From: Leucoraja ocellata
Lineage: Eukaryota
Length of the DNA stretch: 64,000 nt
NCBI GenBank assembly: GCA_036785375.1
Contig: JAWMAR010000045.1
Coordinates: forward strand, 6,138,001-6,202,000
Reading direction: 5' to 3'
Position numbers and translations under genes: made by a program. A model generated the notes under the pieces. That model made no database searches. It was given only the letters and a program-made list of their open reading frames with translations, and had not been told where the DNA came from. Numbering within the stretch: position 1 is the stretch's first letter; every line of letters starts with the position of its first letter. Positions 52,008-62,013 of the stretch are shown here, piece by piece.

Positions 52008-52194
52008 GTTTTTTCTCGTGTGCTCTGATTTCCCCGCCCCCCCACTCGCCAAATACTTCAAAGGTTTGTAAGTTAATTGGCATTAGTAAAATTGTGACAT
52101 GTCCCTAGTTTGTAAGATAGTGTTTGTGTACGGGGGTGATCGCTAGTCCATGTGGATTGGGTGATCCGAATGGGCCTGTTTCCACACTGTGTAT
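52008..52194 (+). mobile_element. V-SINE, 5'-truncated
   Basis: GGTTTGTAAGTTAATTGGC..GTCCCTAGT..GGGGTGATCGCT..GGGCCTGTTTCCACACTGT matches the 3' half of the other V-SINE copies. Confidence 0.75.
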
Positions 52195-52445
52195 GCCACA
52201 GCTCTATAAGTAAAAAGCAACTAAAAAGAATGACTGGGATCTTACTGTTAACTCAATCAATGCGGTGACATCAGATCCAAATTTATTTCCTTAATACTGA
52301 GTGATTAAAAATTGATTAAAATGTGTTGTTTCTCTTGCTCACACATTGTCCATTCCCTTGGTCTAATGCTACCCTCGACTGTTAAATGACTTTGTCATTG
52401 CCAATGAAATAGCTTGATAATGTAGAAAAAAAATCACGTTGACTT

Positions 52446-52546
52446 TCAGCCTGAAGAAGGGTCTCGACCCGAAACCCCACCCATTCCTTCTCTTCGGAGA
52501 TTCTGCCTGTCCCGCTGAGTTACTCCAGCTTTTTGTGTCTATCTTT
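52446..52546 (+). mobile_element. Penelope-type short insert with hammerhead motif (copy G)
   Basis: CTGAAGA-A-GGGTC-TC-GACCC-GAAAC intact (52451-52475) but cleavage triplet GTC replaced by CCC; family body follows. Confidence 0.85.
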
Positions 52547-52555
52547 ATGTAGGAG

Positions 52556-52992
52556 CAGTGCCGGATTTACGTATAAGCTAAACAAGCTATAGCTTAGGGC
52601 CCCCACTTTCTAGGGGGCCCCCCGAAAAAATTGATGGGCCTCGAGGTCTAGGGGGGGCCTCCGGCCAAGGCAGAACACCTACCGTTCAACTCTGGGCAGC
52701 TCCCCTCTCTATCTCTCTCTCTCTCCATCTCCCCCCCGCTATCCGTGTCCGCCGCCGGGCTCCGCTCGCTCCTCATCCGCTGGCACGGCAGGCCGCCTTG
52801 CACATGCGCACAACCACGGCCAGCACATCATCAGCCGCCCTGCGCATGCGCACTGCAACGGCAACTGGTCGGCGCTGGGCACTTTCTCTGTCGCTTTGAA
52901 TTGTGGGAGATTTGGCCGCCATGGCTGTCCGGTCGTTGGGGGCCTCACAAGTGGAACAGCTTAGGGCCTCTCTTCATCTAAATCCGGCACTG
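52556..52992. mobile_element. hAT-superfamily MITE (437 bp)
   Basis: Perfect 14-bp TIRs CAGTGCCGGATTTA / TAAATCCGGCACTG; perfect 8-bp TSD TGTAGGAG (52548-52555 / 52993-53000); subterminal repeat AGCTTAGGGCC near both ends. Confidence 0.95.
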
Positions 52993-53361
52993 TGTAGGAG
53001 CACATCTCCACATAACACAGGATTCAATCGGATAAAACAGGGTTTGTGTTACAGAGAAGCGTAATACAGATGTTTTTACCTGGGAACAAGACAATCCCTC
53101 CATAATGTGGGGGTGCCTGCCTGCCTGCGTGCTGGAGATTTCTAGTTTGCTCAGTGTAATACGGTTACGATTGGTGACTGGCCAAAGTAACTCGGCAGTC
53201 TCAAGGAGGGAACAGTTCACAAGCACAGGATGACTCAGTAGCCAGCCAAGTATTAATAACATATCCAAAAGCTTGGAAATTTCTACCTGATTTCACTGAA
53301 TGGGAATACTTCACTACATCTAGCAAAGGCAACAGTGGCAGTGTGCAAGATAAAATTAGTT

Positions 53362-53712
53362 AATTCCAGGAATGAGTAGGTTAAACTTTGATGAGCGTTT
53401 GTCGGCACTGGGCCTGTACTCGCTGGAGTTTCGAAGAATGATGTGGGACCTCATTGAAACATACAGAGCAGTGAATGGCTTGGATAGAGTGGATGTTGAG
53501 ATGATGTTTCCACTGGTGGGAGAGTCTAGGACTAGAGGTCATAGCCTCAGAATTAAAGGACGTTCTTTTTGGAAGGAGATGAGGGGGAATTTCTTTAGTC
53601 AGAGGGTGGTGAATCTGTGGTATTCTTTGACACAGAAGGCTATGGAGGCAAAGTCAGTGGATATATTTAAGGCAGAGTCAGAGGTTATGGGAAGAAGGCA
53701 GGAGAATGGGAT
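53362..53712 (+). mobile_element. CR1 LINE 3' fragment (second subfamily)
   Basis: LNFDERLSALGLYSLEFRRM..DLIETY..SRTRGHSLRIKG..FFSQRVVNLW. Confidence 0.93.
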
Positions 53713-53718
53713 TATGAC

Positions 53719-53801
53719 TATGACCTTAGGAAAACAAGGAAAATAAAAACAGAATATGACTATTCCTTATGACTTTATGACCTTAGGGAAACAAGGAAAA
53801 A
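53719..53801. repeat. Direct duplication, TATGACCTTAGGRAAACAAGGAAAA x2
   Basis: Copies near 53720 and 53776 separated by TATGAC(T) subrepeats. Confidence 0.8.
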
Positions 53802-53919
53802 GCAGCAGTTAATTTGAGGAGCACCATGCCAGACATACAACATAATAGGCATCAAAATCTGTTTTACTATTATGTGGATAAGTAATAAATATCCAAAAGA
53901 GTTCTTTGTTCTACATTCT

Positions 53920-54206
53920 GCGGCACGGTGGCGCAGTGGTAGAGTTGTTGCCTCACAGCGCTTGCAGCGCCACGACTACGGGTGCTATCTGTACTTTCTC
54001 CCTGTGACCGCGTGGGTTTTCTCCGAGATCTTCGGTTTCCTCCTACACTCCAAAGACGTACAAGTATGTAGGTAAATTGGCTTGGTAAATGTAAAAATTG
54101 TCCTTAGTGTGAGTAGGATAATGTTAATATGCAGGGATCACTGGTCGGCACAGACCTGGCGGGCCGAAGGGCCTATTTCCGCGCTGTATCTCTAAACTAA
54201 ACTAAA
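53920..54206 (+). mobile_element. V-SINE (HE1-like) with B-box deletion
   Basis: GCGGCACGGTGGCGCAGTGGTAGAG A-box, V-domain and (TAAAC)n tail; the GGTTCGATCC segment present in sister copies is missing. Confidence 0.9.
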
Positions 54207-56853
54207 AATTCAGTGATACCATGAGATCTTTCTCAGGGCGCAGATCGGGTACCTCATCATGTGAATGATGGTGGGACTATAGGAGGTGCATTTCATTACT
54301 GTTGATCTCTATTTATGAACCATAACTCGAATCCATTTCCATGGGGCAGATCGAGTTAAAATTGTCTCCATGTGTTGAAAGTTCTCCTCACTGTCAGTTG
54401 TGAAGTATTTTCTGTGTTTGTGCATTGTTAATGAAAGTAGCATTAGCAAAAAATGCTGCTAATTTGATTCTAAATATCAATTTCACTTTCAAAGGTCACC
54501 AAATGGTTGGCATGGGAAATGGATAAGGTCACATCGGTGTAATAAGGCCTGCTGTAGTGAGGTTTAATTTGAGGCATTGTTAAGACAAAGCAAAAAATGA
54601 CTTTACTCAAAACATCTTTACTGAGCCAGAGAGGACCCTTGGGAGACATAGTATTCTCTGTGCTTGTGCCAATAATCTTTATCATGATGAGCACAACATT
54701 CATTTAAAAGGAAATGCTTAAATAAATAATACACTACTGAAACTAAAATAACAACACATAGTATTGATGACATGTTCTTAATTGACTGTTGTTAATTTAG
54801 GGGTAAAAAATAAAAATAAAACTAGAAATTATATCAATAATTAGTCATTATCTAATAGTGGGTGGATGCTTTTCCGTGTCTTAATTAGAAATCACAAAAG
54901 ATTGAGATGATTGCCCAGACGCCATTGCAGCTTCCTCATACTAATTGACAGTGTGTATCAAGAGGGTCACTCTTGCATTCCGTCAGGCAGAGTATGTAAA
55001 GGCATTGAGGCAAGCCACCTGCTTTTCTAAATGTATTAAAACATGGTGTCACATGAAATTATTATTGTTTGACATTTAAAATGGTGCATTAATCACAGTT
55101 AATTATGTGACATACTACAACATGTGCTGGAGGCCGGTTGCAGAACCAGCTATGGTGGGTGATTTAAAGACAAAATTAAGTGCCTGGCGGTGGCTATTTT
55201 ACTGCTGAGTGCTGCTTATGCTGAATAGTCATCGAATATAGGATTGTCTCAGGAAGAAATGCTAGCAGCCTCTGCCTTGTGAGCTGCATAGCAACCTGAA
55301 TGATTAGAAACACCCCCCCATAAAATTTAAAAAAACTACTGGTACTGCAGGATTTACAGAAGTAAATTTGCTTGTTTATTGGACAAAGAAGTAGAAGTTT
55401 TTGTTAAATCATAAGATGGGGATTATTTATGTTTTTATTTTCAACAATCTCAACATCAGGTAAATGCATTTATTTCAAGGAATTGAAAGACATCCCTGAC
55501 AAAGGGAAAAAAAACCCGTGCACCCACCCATCTCTGAAAAAAGTCTCCATGTGCAGCTGAGTTTAATCTACAATTGGCGACCTCTTTAGAGACTATTTAA
55601 GGCTCATGGGTATATTTTGTTTCCATTCGCATCTTGCTAAACCACACTGGGCACAGTTAAGTAATTTTTTTTAGATGGAGAGGAAATAATGGCAGGCGTA
55701 CTGATTAGTTTTGTAAATAACGAGTAGGCAGTTAGATAAAGAGACAAAATATTAGTGTCGTATGCCTGTGTGTATACAACACATACTTGCATTTGAATGC
55801 ACGCAAGGCAGCTGCCACTTGTTTGAATATTACAGGTGTTGCCTCCATCTAATTTCAGAACTGCAGACTTACAGATGCAGTTTGATTGTCAGGACAAAAG
55901 TTCCACTTTTTGTGGCTAAAAAGTATTAACAAGTCAGTAACGGCTGCCATTGGCAATGCCTTTGCAAAGTATGAAGGGTTCTGATTTAAATTGCTTGTAC
56001 ATTGACTAAAAGCCAGGTCTTTTCCATTATGTTGAAAAAATAGACACATGAATGGCACAAATTAATCAAATTCACGGCAAGAATAGAAGGCTCTCGGCAA
56101 CTAAATGCATGTGAAAGCAGTTCTTAAAACGAGGGTGAGGACCTATCACATCAACATAAAAAATGGTTGGTTTATTAAGTCTGTGGGATTGTGAGGCTTG
56201 ACCAAGCCTGTATGCCACCATTGAAGGGGAACAAGGCAGTGGGCTGCACAGGGGAAATTTCCCCCACCCCGATTGATACTGCTGTGGCTGTGAAAGAACT
56301 CCTTGGTGAGCTGGGGTCAGAGGTTGAAATGCAGTGCCAGCTGACAAGTTTGCTTCGTTGCGATGGTAGTGCCCTATTCAGAATCGGAGTGACAAATACA
56401 TTTTCACTTAGTAATATTGTAAGACTACTACTGCTATTATTTGTGACAAGGAGATCTTTCACTGAGAGTGGAGGACTCTATCTAAATAGTGTTTCAATTT
56501 TCACAGTTTCCTCACTCAATATTAACGTAAGCAAGAAGCACCGAATAATTATTAGTTTATGCTGGCTTCTTCCAGCTAAATATATTTGAGATCCTATAGT
56601 TCTAGCATTCAGAGTGTGATATGAAATGAAAGAAATTATGAAGAATGTGAAGAACAAAGCCCTTCAATCAAACTGGAGGTTATTTGCAAGTAGAAAAAAT
56701 GTGTGATAATCTGAAGTTTTAATTTAAAAATTTTGCTCCAATCCTTTTACTATAACATTAAATATTGTAAACAGTGTTGTACATACAGTAGTAATCAGTC
56801 AGGGATATGGCTTCATGGGATTTAAAATGTATCAGATACATGCTCTGCAATTA

Positions 56854-57052
56854 CAGATGCTCCCCGATTTACGATGCTTCGAATTGCGATATTTCGACTT
56901 TACGCTCGGCAAACGCTCAGCAACAGCAACGAGCCGCACGTCACTTCCGGTCACGTGATCGCATTGTATGAAACGCGCTTTCGACTTGCGATATTTGCGA
57001 TTTATGATGGGTTTATCGGAACGTAACGCCATCGTAGGTTGAGGAGCAGCTG
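56854..57052. mobile_element. Tigger/pogo-type MITE, MER47/Tigger5-like (199 bp)
   Basis: Imperfect TIRs CAGATGCTCCCCGATTTACGATG / CATCGTAGGTTGAGGAGCAGCTG, TA on both sides (56852-56853, 57053-57054), CpG-rich. Confidence 0.88.
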
Positions 57053-57311
57053 TATATTATCCGTCACATCTTCACACGACAATGAACTGACAACAGTGAT
57101 GGTTAGGATATGATTCAAAGCCTTTGTAACAAATAACAAAATCATGTATCTTTGATATGTAATTTCAAGAGGTCATGTTTCCTTGTAATCCCTCATTCTA
57201 TGTCAGAAATATCTCAGTGTCTACAAGGATTTAGTAACAGTTGGATTGTAGCAGGTGCAGTCACCATTTCCAAACATATCTAAATCTCATAACCTCTAAC
57301 AAGTTGGCTGC

Positions 57312-57620
57312 TTAGTTTAGTTTGGAGAAAACAGCATGGAATCGGGCCCTTTGGCCCACGCCGCCCATCGATCACCTGTTCACATTAGTTCTATGCAATC
57401 TCACTTTTGCACCCATTCCCTACACACTAGGGATAATTTGCAGAGGCCAATTAACTTAAAAAAACAGCACCTCTTCAGGATGTGGGAGGAAACCGGAGCA
57501 CCTGGAGGAAATCCGTGCGGTCATAGGGAGGACGTGCAAACTCCACACAGACGGCATCTGAGATCAGGATTGGATCTCTGGTGTTGCGAGGCAGCGACTT
57601 TACCAACTGCGCCACTGTGC
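57312..57620 (-). mobile_element. V-SINE, diverged subfamily
   Basis: TTAGTTTAGTTT tail, GATGTGGGAGGAAACCGGAGCACCTGGAGGAAA..ACGTGCAAACTCCACACAGAC V-domain and CTGCGCCACTGTGC head. Confidence 0.85.
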
Positions 57621-57639
57621 TTGTTAAGCAGTTCAGATG

Positions 57640-57736
57640 TAAAAAGCTAAAATTGAATTCCTCAGCATGTCAGCCAGCATCTGTACAGATATACACAGAG
57701 TTAATGTTTTTGATTGATGACCTTTCAACAGGACTG
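57640..57736 (-). mobile_element. Older Penelope-type repeat with decayed hammerhead-like core
   Basis: Minus strand reads AGTC-CTGTTGA-AAGGTCATCAATC-AAAACATT-AACTCTGTG..CAGATGCTG. Confidence 0.45.
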
Positions 57737-57931
57737 CCTCGAAGATTTGATTGAGTGAGGAATGTCAAGTAAGAAATAAAGTCGTTTGTCCTCAAATTTG
57801 CACCAGGCGATCTTTAAAAACCTCTTGACTGAATCTTAACTCAAAGATCCGATAGAAAGTTGCCCATTTATTATAATCCTGCCCATAAAAAGTTACTGCA
57901 TCGTTAATTTTATCAAACAAAAAAATGCAGA

Positions 57932-58380
57932 CGATGTTGGCAAGATCAATATTTATTATTCTTATTTATTTTATTTTTTTATGATTTTTTTTATTTATGA
58001 TACTGCCTGTAAGGGAAATTCATTTCGTTGTCTCAAATTGAGACAATGACAATAAATTTGAATACAATACAATACAATTATTCATGTCTAATTACCTGTT
58101 AACCAAATTACTTGCACTTACACTAATCCCATTGGTGGATCTAGAATGATACGTGGGCCAGAGAAGTTTTTGATGTACAGATTTCCTTACCTAAAGGTCA
58201 TCAAGGTAGATTTAACAATAATCTAATTACCATATATGGTCATTATTGCTCTCGTTAAATTGTATTTTAGATTTCCTAGCTATTTGCATTCAAATCTCCA
58301 GGTGCAGTGTTGGGATTCAAGCTCGTGTCTCCAGAGCAGTAGTTTGTCACAAGATTCGGTACTTAATCACCATGCTATTG
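57932..58380 (-). mobile_element. Old chondrichthyan tRNA-derived SINE, interrupted
   Basis: CAGATTTCCTT.CCTAAAGG..ATGGTCATTATT..ATTCAAAT..TGGGATTCAAGCTC.TGTC.CCAGAGCA (B-box region); tail split by the 57962-58076 insert. Confidence 0.55.
57962..58076 (+). mobile_element. Severely 5'-truncated retroelement 3' tail with TSD
   Basis: Stem-loop TTGTCTCAA-A-TTGAGACAA, TGACAATAAA and (AATAC)n tail; flanked by ATTATTC (57955-57961 / 58077-58083). Confidence 0.75.
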
Positions 58381-58449
58381 AATCTGAATTAGCTGAGCTC
58401 TAAGTTGTAGCCATCAGATATTTTAGTTCCTTCCAGTCATTAAGCTACA

Positions 58450-58866
58450 ACCCCCCACTCCCTTCCCTTTCCTACAAACGCTCCTCCTTTCTCCCCTCCC
58501 CTGTGCCCCACCTGAGCTGCCATCACTTTCTCCCCTCCCCCTCCTCCTGCATTACTTCTCTGGCTTCACAATTTGCAACTATCAGTTTGTCTCACACTTT
58601 CTCTGCCCTTTGTTCCAACCATTTGCCTAATAAAATCCCCCCGCCCGTGTTCACCTATGACCTGCCAGGCTTTGTCCGGCCTCCTCATTCTTCCCAGCAT
58701 CCATCCCCCCCATTAATCAGTCTGAAGTATGATCTTTGGTCTGAACAAAGTCCCAACCCAAAACGTCACCTGTCCATATTCTCCAGAGATGCTGCCTGAC
58801 CCGCTGAGTTACTCCAGTACTTTGTGTCCTTTAGTGCAAACCAGCAACTGCAGTTCCTTGTTTCTA
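58450..58866 (+). mobile_element. Longer Penelope-type terminal fragment (copy H)
   Basis: Pyrimidine-rich leader, ATCAGTCTGAAG, decayed core CTGAACAAAGTCCCAACCCAAAACGTCACC, then the body through AAACCAGCAACTGCAGTTCCTTGTTTCTA. Confidence 0.75.
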
Positions 58867-59069
58867 TGAAATATGTGTGGAGTTCATCAATGGGAATTGG
58901 TCAACCTTCCACTATTGTGTGTGTGTTACCAACTGTTGGAGGTGCTCGGGTGAAAATCTGCCACACTACTTTTTGTGATCTGACTTTGCCATTAGTTCAG
59001 GTTTTGCTGGCCCAGATGCTTGATTTCTTATCTGGATAATGTGAGCATCTTTTGTTTGACATATTTGAG

Positions 59070-59365
59070 GGAGCATTGGGCTCCTGCTGCAAGACCAGCC
59101 CCGAACCGGGGTCAGTTCGCGCTGACGCGAGGGCCCAAACGCCACCGGCTACGGGAGTCAAGATCGCCCCGTCAACAGAAGGCTCGAGGCCCCAGACAAG
59201 AACAAAGAAGGGAAGAAATTTAACTTTTTTTTCACAGTGAGGAATATGGAGGAGTCACTGTGGTGGATGTTTATGTTAAAATGTATTTCGTGTGTTGTGC
59301 TGCTTTTTATTGGTATGACTGCATGGCAAATCAAATACTTGGCTAATAAAGTATGATTATGATTA
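59070..59365 (+). mobile_element. Non-coding retroposon, CCATCACAGTG-hairpin family, copy 2 (5'-truncated)
   Basis: GC-rich body, GAACAAAG..GGAAGA, TCACAGTGAGGAATATGGAGGAGTCACTGTGGTGGATGTTTATGTT, AATAAA and (ATGATT)n tail. Confidence 0.75.
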
Positions 59366-60119
59366 AGACATCTGCCTCAATTATGATGTCCATTTCTCTT
59401 CTTATGAATAGTTTTTCCTAGTCTAAGAACCCTTGGTGAACCAGTGAACAAAAGATAGTTAAGTAGACACTGAAATATATTTTATTTCTGCCAAAAGCTG
59501 ACCCGAGTTTGATTTATTTCAGGAGCACATGATGGCAAAGTCTTACCTGCCCCATCACGCATGAAATTACTTTTTTGGTTTACGCAGAGCTTTTGTTATC
59601 TACCTAAACCAAACTTTAGGTAGTTTTTAACCGTGAAGGTAATAAAACATATATTTTTCTATTATTCACTGACAGGCCAGTGGTCACGAGGGAATATTCT
59701 GCGCTTGTGCTGACTGCTCTGTGGCCCACCAAGGCAGGTGTTTTACTTGAGGCAGCTACCTGAAATGACTTGCATGCTTTCACTAATCTTGACCTGACAG
59801 CTGTATTTGACAAACTTTTAAGCACAAGTGTTTGAAGCTGAACAAAACATTTAGATCTTCTGATATTTTTATATGTTGCTTGCATGGTGGGAGAGCAGTT
59901 AACAAAAGGAGTGAGTACATTGATTGATGCTTGCTCCATTTTTCTTCTGCAATGTACAATTAGAGTGCTGGCATGAATGGGGCTTGTACTTTATTTTACC
60001 TCATGATAATTCTAAGAACCAACAATCCAAGGATCCACCTTTTATCTTGTCAGATGATCCCAATGATAGGAGTATTGGTGTATGTCAGCTTGGATCAAAT
60101 TGTATTTACTCTTTCAGTA

Positions 60120-60357
60120 CACAAAAGGACACAAACTGTTGGAGTAACACAGTGGGTCAGGCAGCATCCATGGAGAACATGGATAAATTACGTTTCGGGT
60201 TGAGGCCATTCATCAGACCGTTTTTCAGTCTGAACAAGAGTCTCAATTCAAAACCTCACCTATCCATGTTTTCCAGAGATGTTGCCTGACCCGCTGAGTT
60301 ACTCCAGCACTTTGTGTCCGTTTGTATATTAACCAGCATCTGCAGTTCTTTATTTCA
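60120..60357. mobile_element. Penelope-type head-to-head inverted pair (copy I)
   Basis: Minus-oriented arm about 60120-60218 (core CTGATGA..GAAACGTA on minus) and plus arm about 60227-60357; perfect 12-bp TSD ACTCTTTCAGTA (60108-60119 / 60358-60369). Confidence 0.9.
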
Positions 60358-60555
60358 ACTCTTTCAGTAAATTGCTGGCCCCTGCTGCAGAGATCTAACA
60401 TAAACCAATGATTAATAGAGGTTAGTTAAGTGAATACTGTGGAATATTTTATGTTGTTACTGTTCTGTTATCAGACACATGTCAAATAGAAACACTAAAG
60501 AACTTACAAAAGTGGAAATTTGGAAGGGAAAAGATGCAAAGAAAGATATTTGAGT

Positions 60556-61128
60556 ATGATAGGAAAAGGGGAGATGCAGCGAGACCTGGGTGTCATGGTA
60601 CACCAGTCATTGAAAGTAGGCATGCAGGTGCAGCAGGCAGTGAAGAAAGCGAATGGTATGTTAGCATTCATAGCAAAAGGATTTGAGTATAGGAGCAGGG
60701 AGGTTCTACTGCAGTTGTACAGGGTCTTGGTGAGACCACACCTGAAGTATTGCGTACAGTTTTGGTCTCCAAATCTGAGGAAAGAAATTCTTGCCATAGA
60801 GGGAGTGCAGAGAAGGTTCACCAGACTGATTCCTGGGATGTCAGGACTTTCATATGAAGAAAGACTGGATAGACTCGGCTTGTACTCGCTAGAATTTAGA
60901 AGATTGAGGGGGGATCTTATAGAAACGTATAAAATTCTTAAGGGGTTGGACAGGCTAGATGCAGGAAGATTGTTCCCGATGTTGGGGAAGTCCAGAACAA
61001 GAGGTCACAGTTTATGGATAAGGGGGAAATCTTTTAGGACTGAGATGAGAAAAACATTTTTCACACAGAGAGTGGTGAATCTCTGGAATTCTCTGGCACA
61101 GAAGATAGTTGAGGCCAGTTCATTGGCT
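60556..61128 (+). mobile_element. CR1 LINE fragment (same subfamily as 41334-42342), upstream part
   Basis: GKGEMQRDLGVMVHQSLK..LVRPHLKYCVQFWSP..LSYEERLDRLGLYSLEFRRLRGDLIE..RVVNLWNSL in one open frame. Confidence 0.97.
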
Positions 61129-61911
61129 GTAGTTGAGATGTACAGTGGCGGCGCCTAACGGCAGCAGCTCGTCTACAGTCGTCTGTCTTTTTTTTATTTT
61201 TTGTCTTGTTAAATGTATGTCTTGAATCAGTTTTTATTTATTTTTTAGCTGTGTATTTGTGGGGGGTGGTGGGGGGGGGGGGGGCTGTGGGGGAAACCGT
61301 TAATCTCTTCCCTGTGCGGGGATCCGACTTCCCTGTCGGGTCTCGGATGTCGTTGGGCCTAACATCGTGGAGCCGGCGGCGACCTCCGGCCGGGACTAAC
61401 CTGGGGGCTCCAGTTGCAGAGCCTGCGGAACTGACATCGCGGAGCTGGCCAACTTCGGAGCGGGAAGAGCTGTGGTGGCGCGCGGCTGCGACCCGACTTT
61501 TGTAGTTCGGAGGCACCGGCCGCAGACCCGGTGTACGGGAACATCGGGAGCTCCAAGTCCCTGGTGGGAGACCGCTTTTCCGAGCTCCGCAACGGCGACT
61601 TCTCCCGCTGGAATCGCGGGTTTAAGGACATGGAGCCGGGGCCTAACATCGCCCGGCAGGGGCTTTAACATCGGAGCCCCAGTTCGCCTCGACACTGCAG
61701 TTGGACTGCTGGACCACGGGAGAAGGAACAAAGGGAAGAGATAAAGACTTTGCCTTCCATCACAGTGAGGAGATGTTGGAGACTCACTGTGATGGATGTT
61801 TATGTAAACTATGTTAAGTGTGGGTCTTGGATTGTGTTTGTAATGTAAAAAACTGTAGAAATTATATTTTGTTCAAACCTAGGTTTGAATGACAATAAAT
61901 TGCATTCTATT
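61129..61911 (+). mobile_element. GC-rich non-coding retroposon, CCATCACAGTG-hairpin family, longest copy, inserted in CR1
   Basis: Interrupts the CR1; T-rich and G-run segments, CpG-rich core with repeated ACATCG..GGAGC, perfect hairpin CCATCACAGTGAG-13nt-CTCACTGTGATGG, and TGACAATAAA tail. Confidence 0.8.
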
Positions 61912-62013
61912 CAGGGGGTATGGAGAGAAGGCAGGTCCAGGATACTGAGTTGGATGATCAGCCATGATCACATTGAATGGCCTACTCCTGCACCTATTTT
62001 CTATGTTTCTATG
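61912..62013 (+). mobile_element. CR1 LINE 3' end (continuation of 60556-61128)
   Basis: CAGGGGGTATGGAGAGAAGGCAGG..CAGCCATGATCA..TTTCTATGTTTCTATG, near-identical to 42241-42342. Confidence 0.93.

Noticed and set aside
53920-53990. tRNA gene
   Set aside because: The tRNA-like A-box is the head of a V-SINE; the B-box is deleted and there is no cloverleaf.
60520-61158. Longest ORF (212 aa) as a host gene
   Set aside because: It is the C-terminal part of CR1 ORF2, with chance start and stop in flanking DNA.
61206-61744. Cluster of overlapping ORFs / CpG-island promoter
   Set aside because: Open frames on both strands reflect the high GC of a repeat with relatives at 44750 and 59070; there are no protein motifs.
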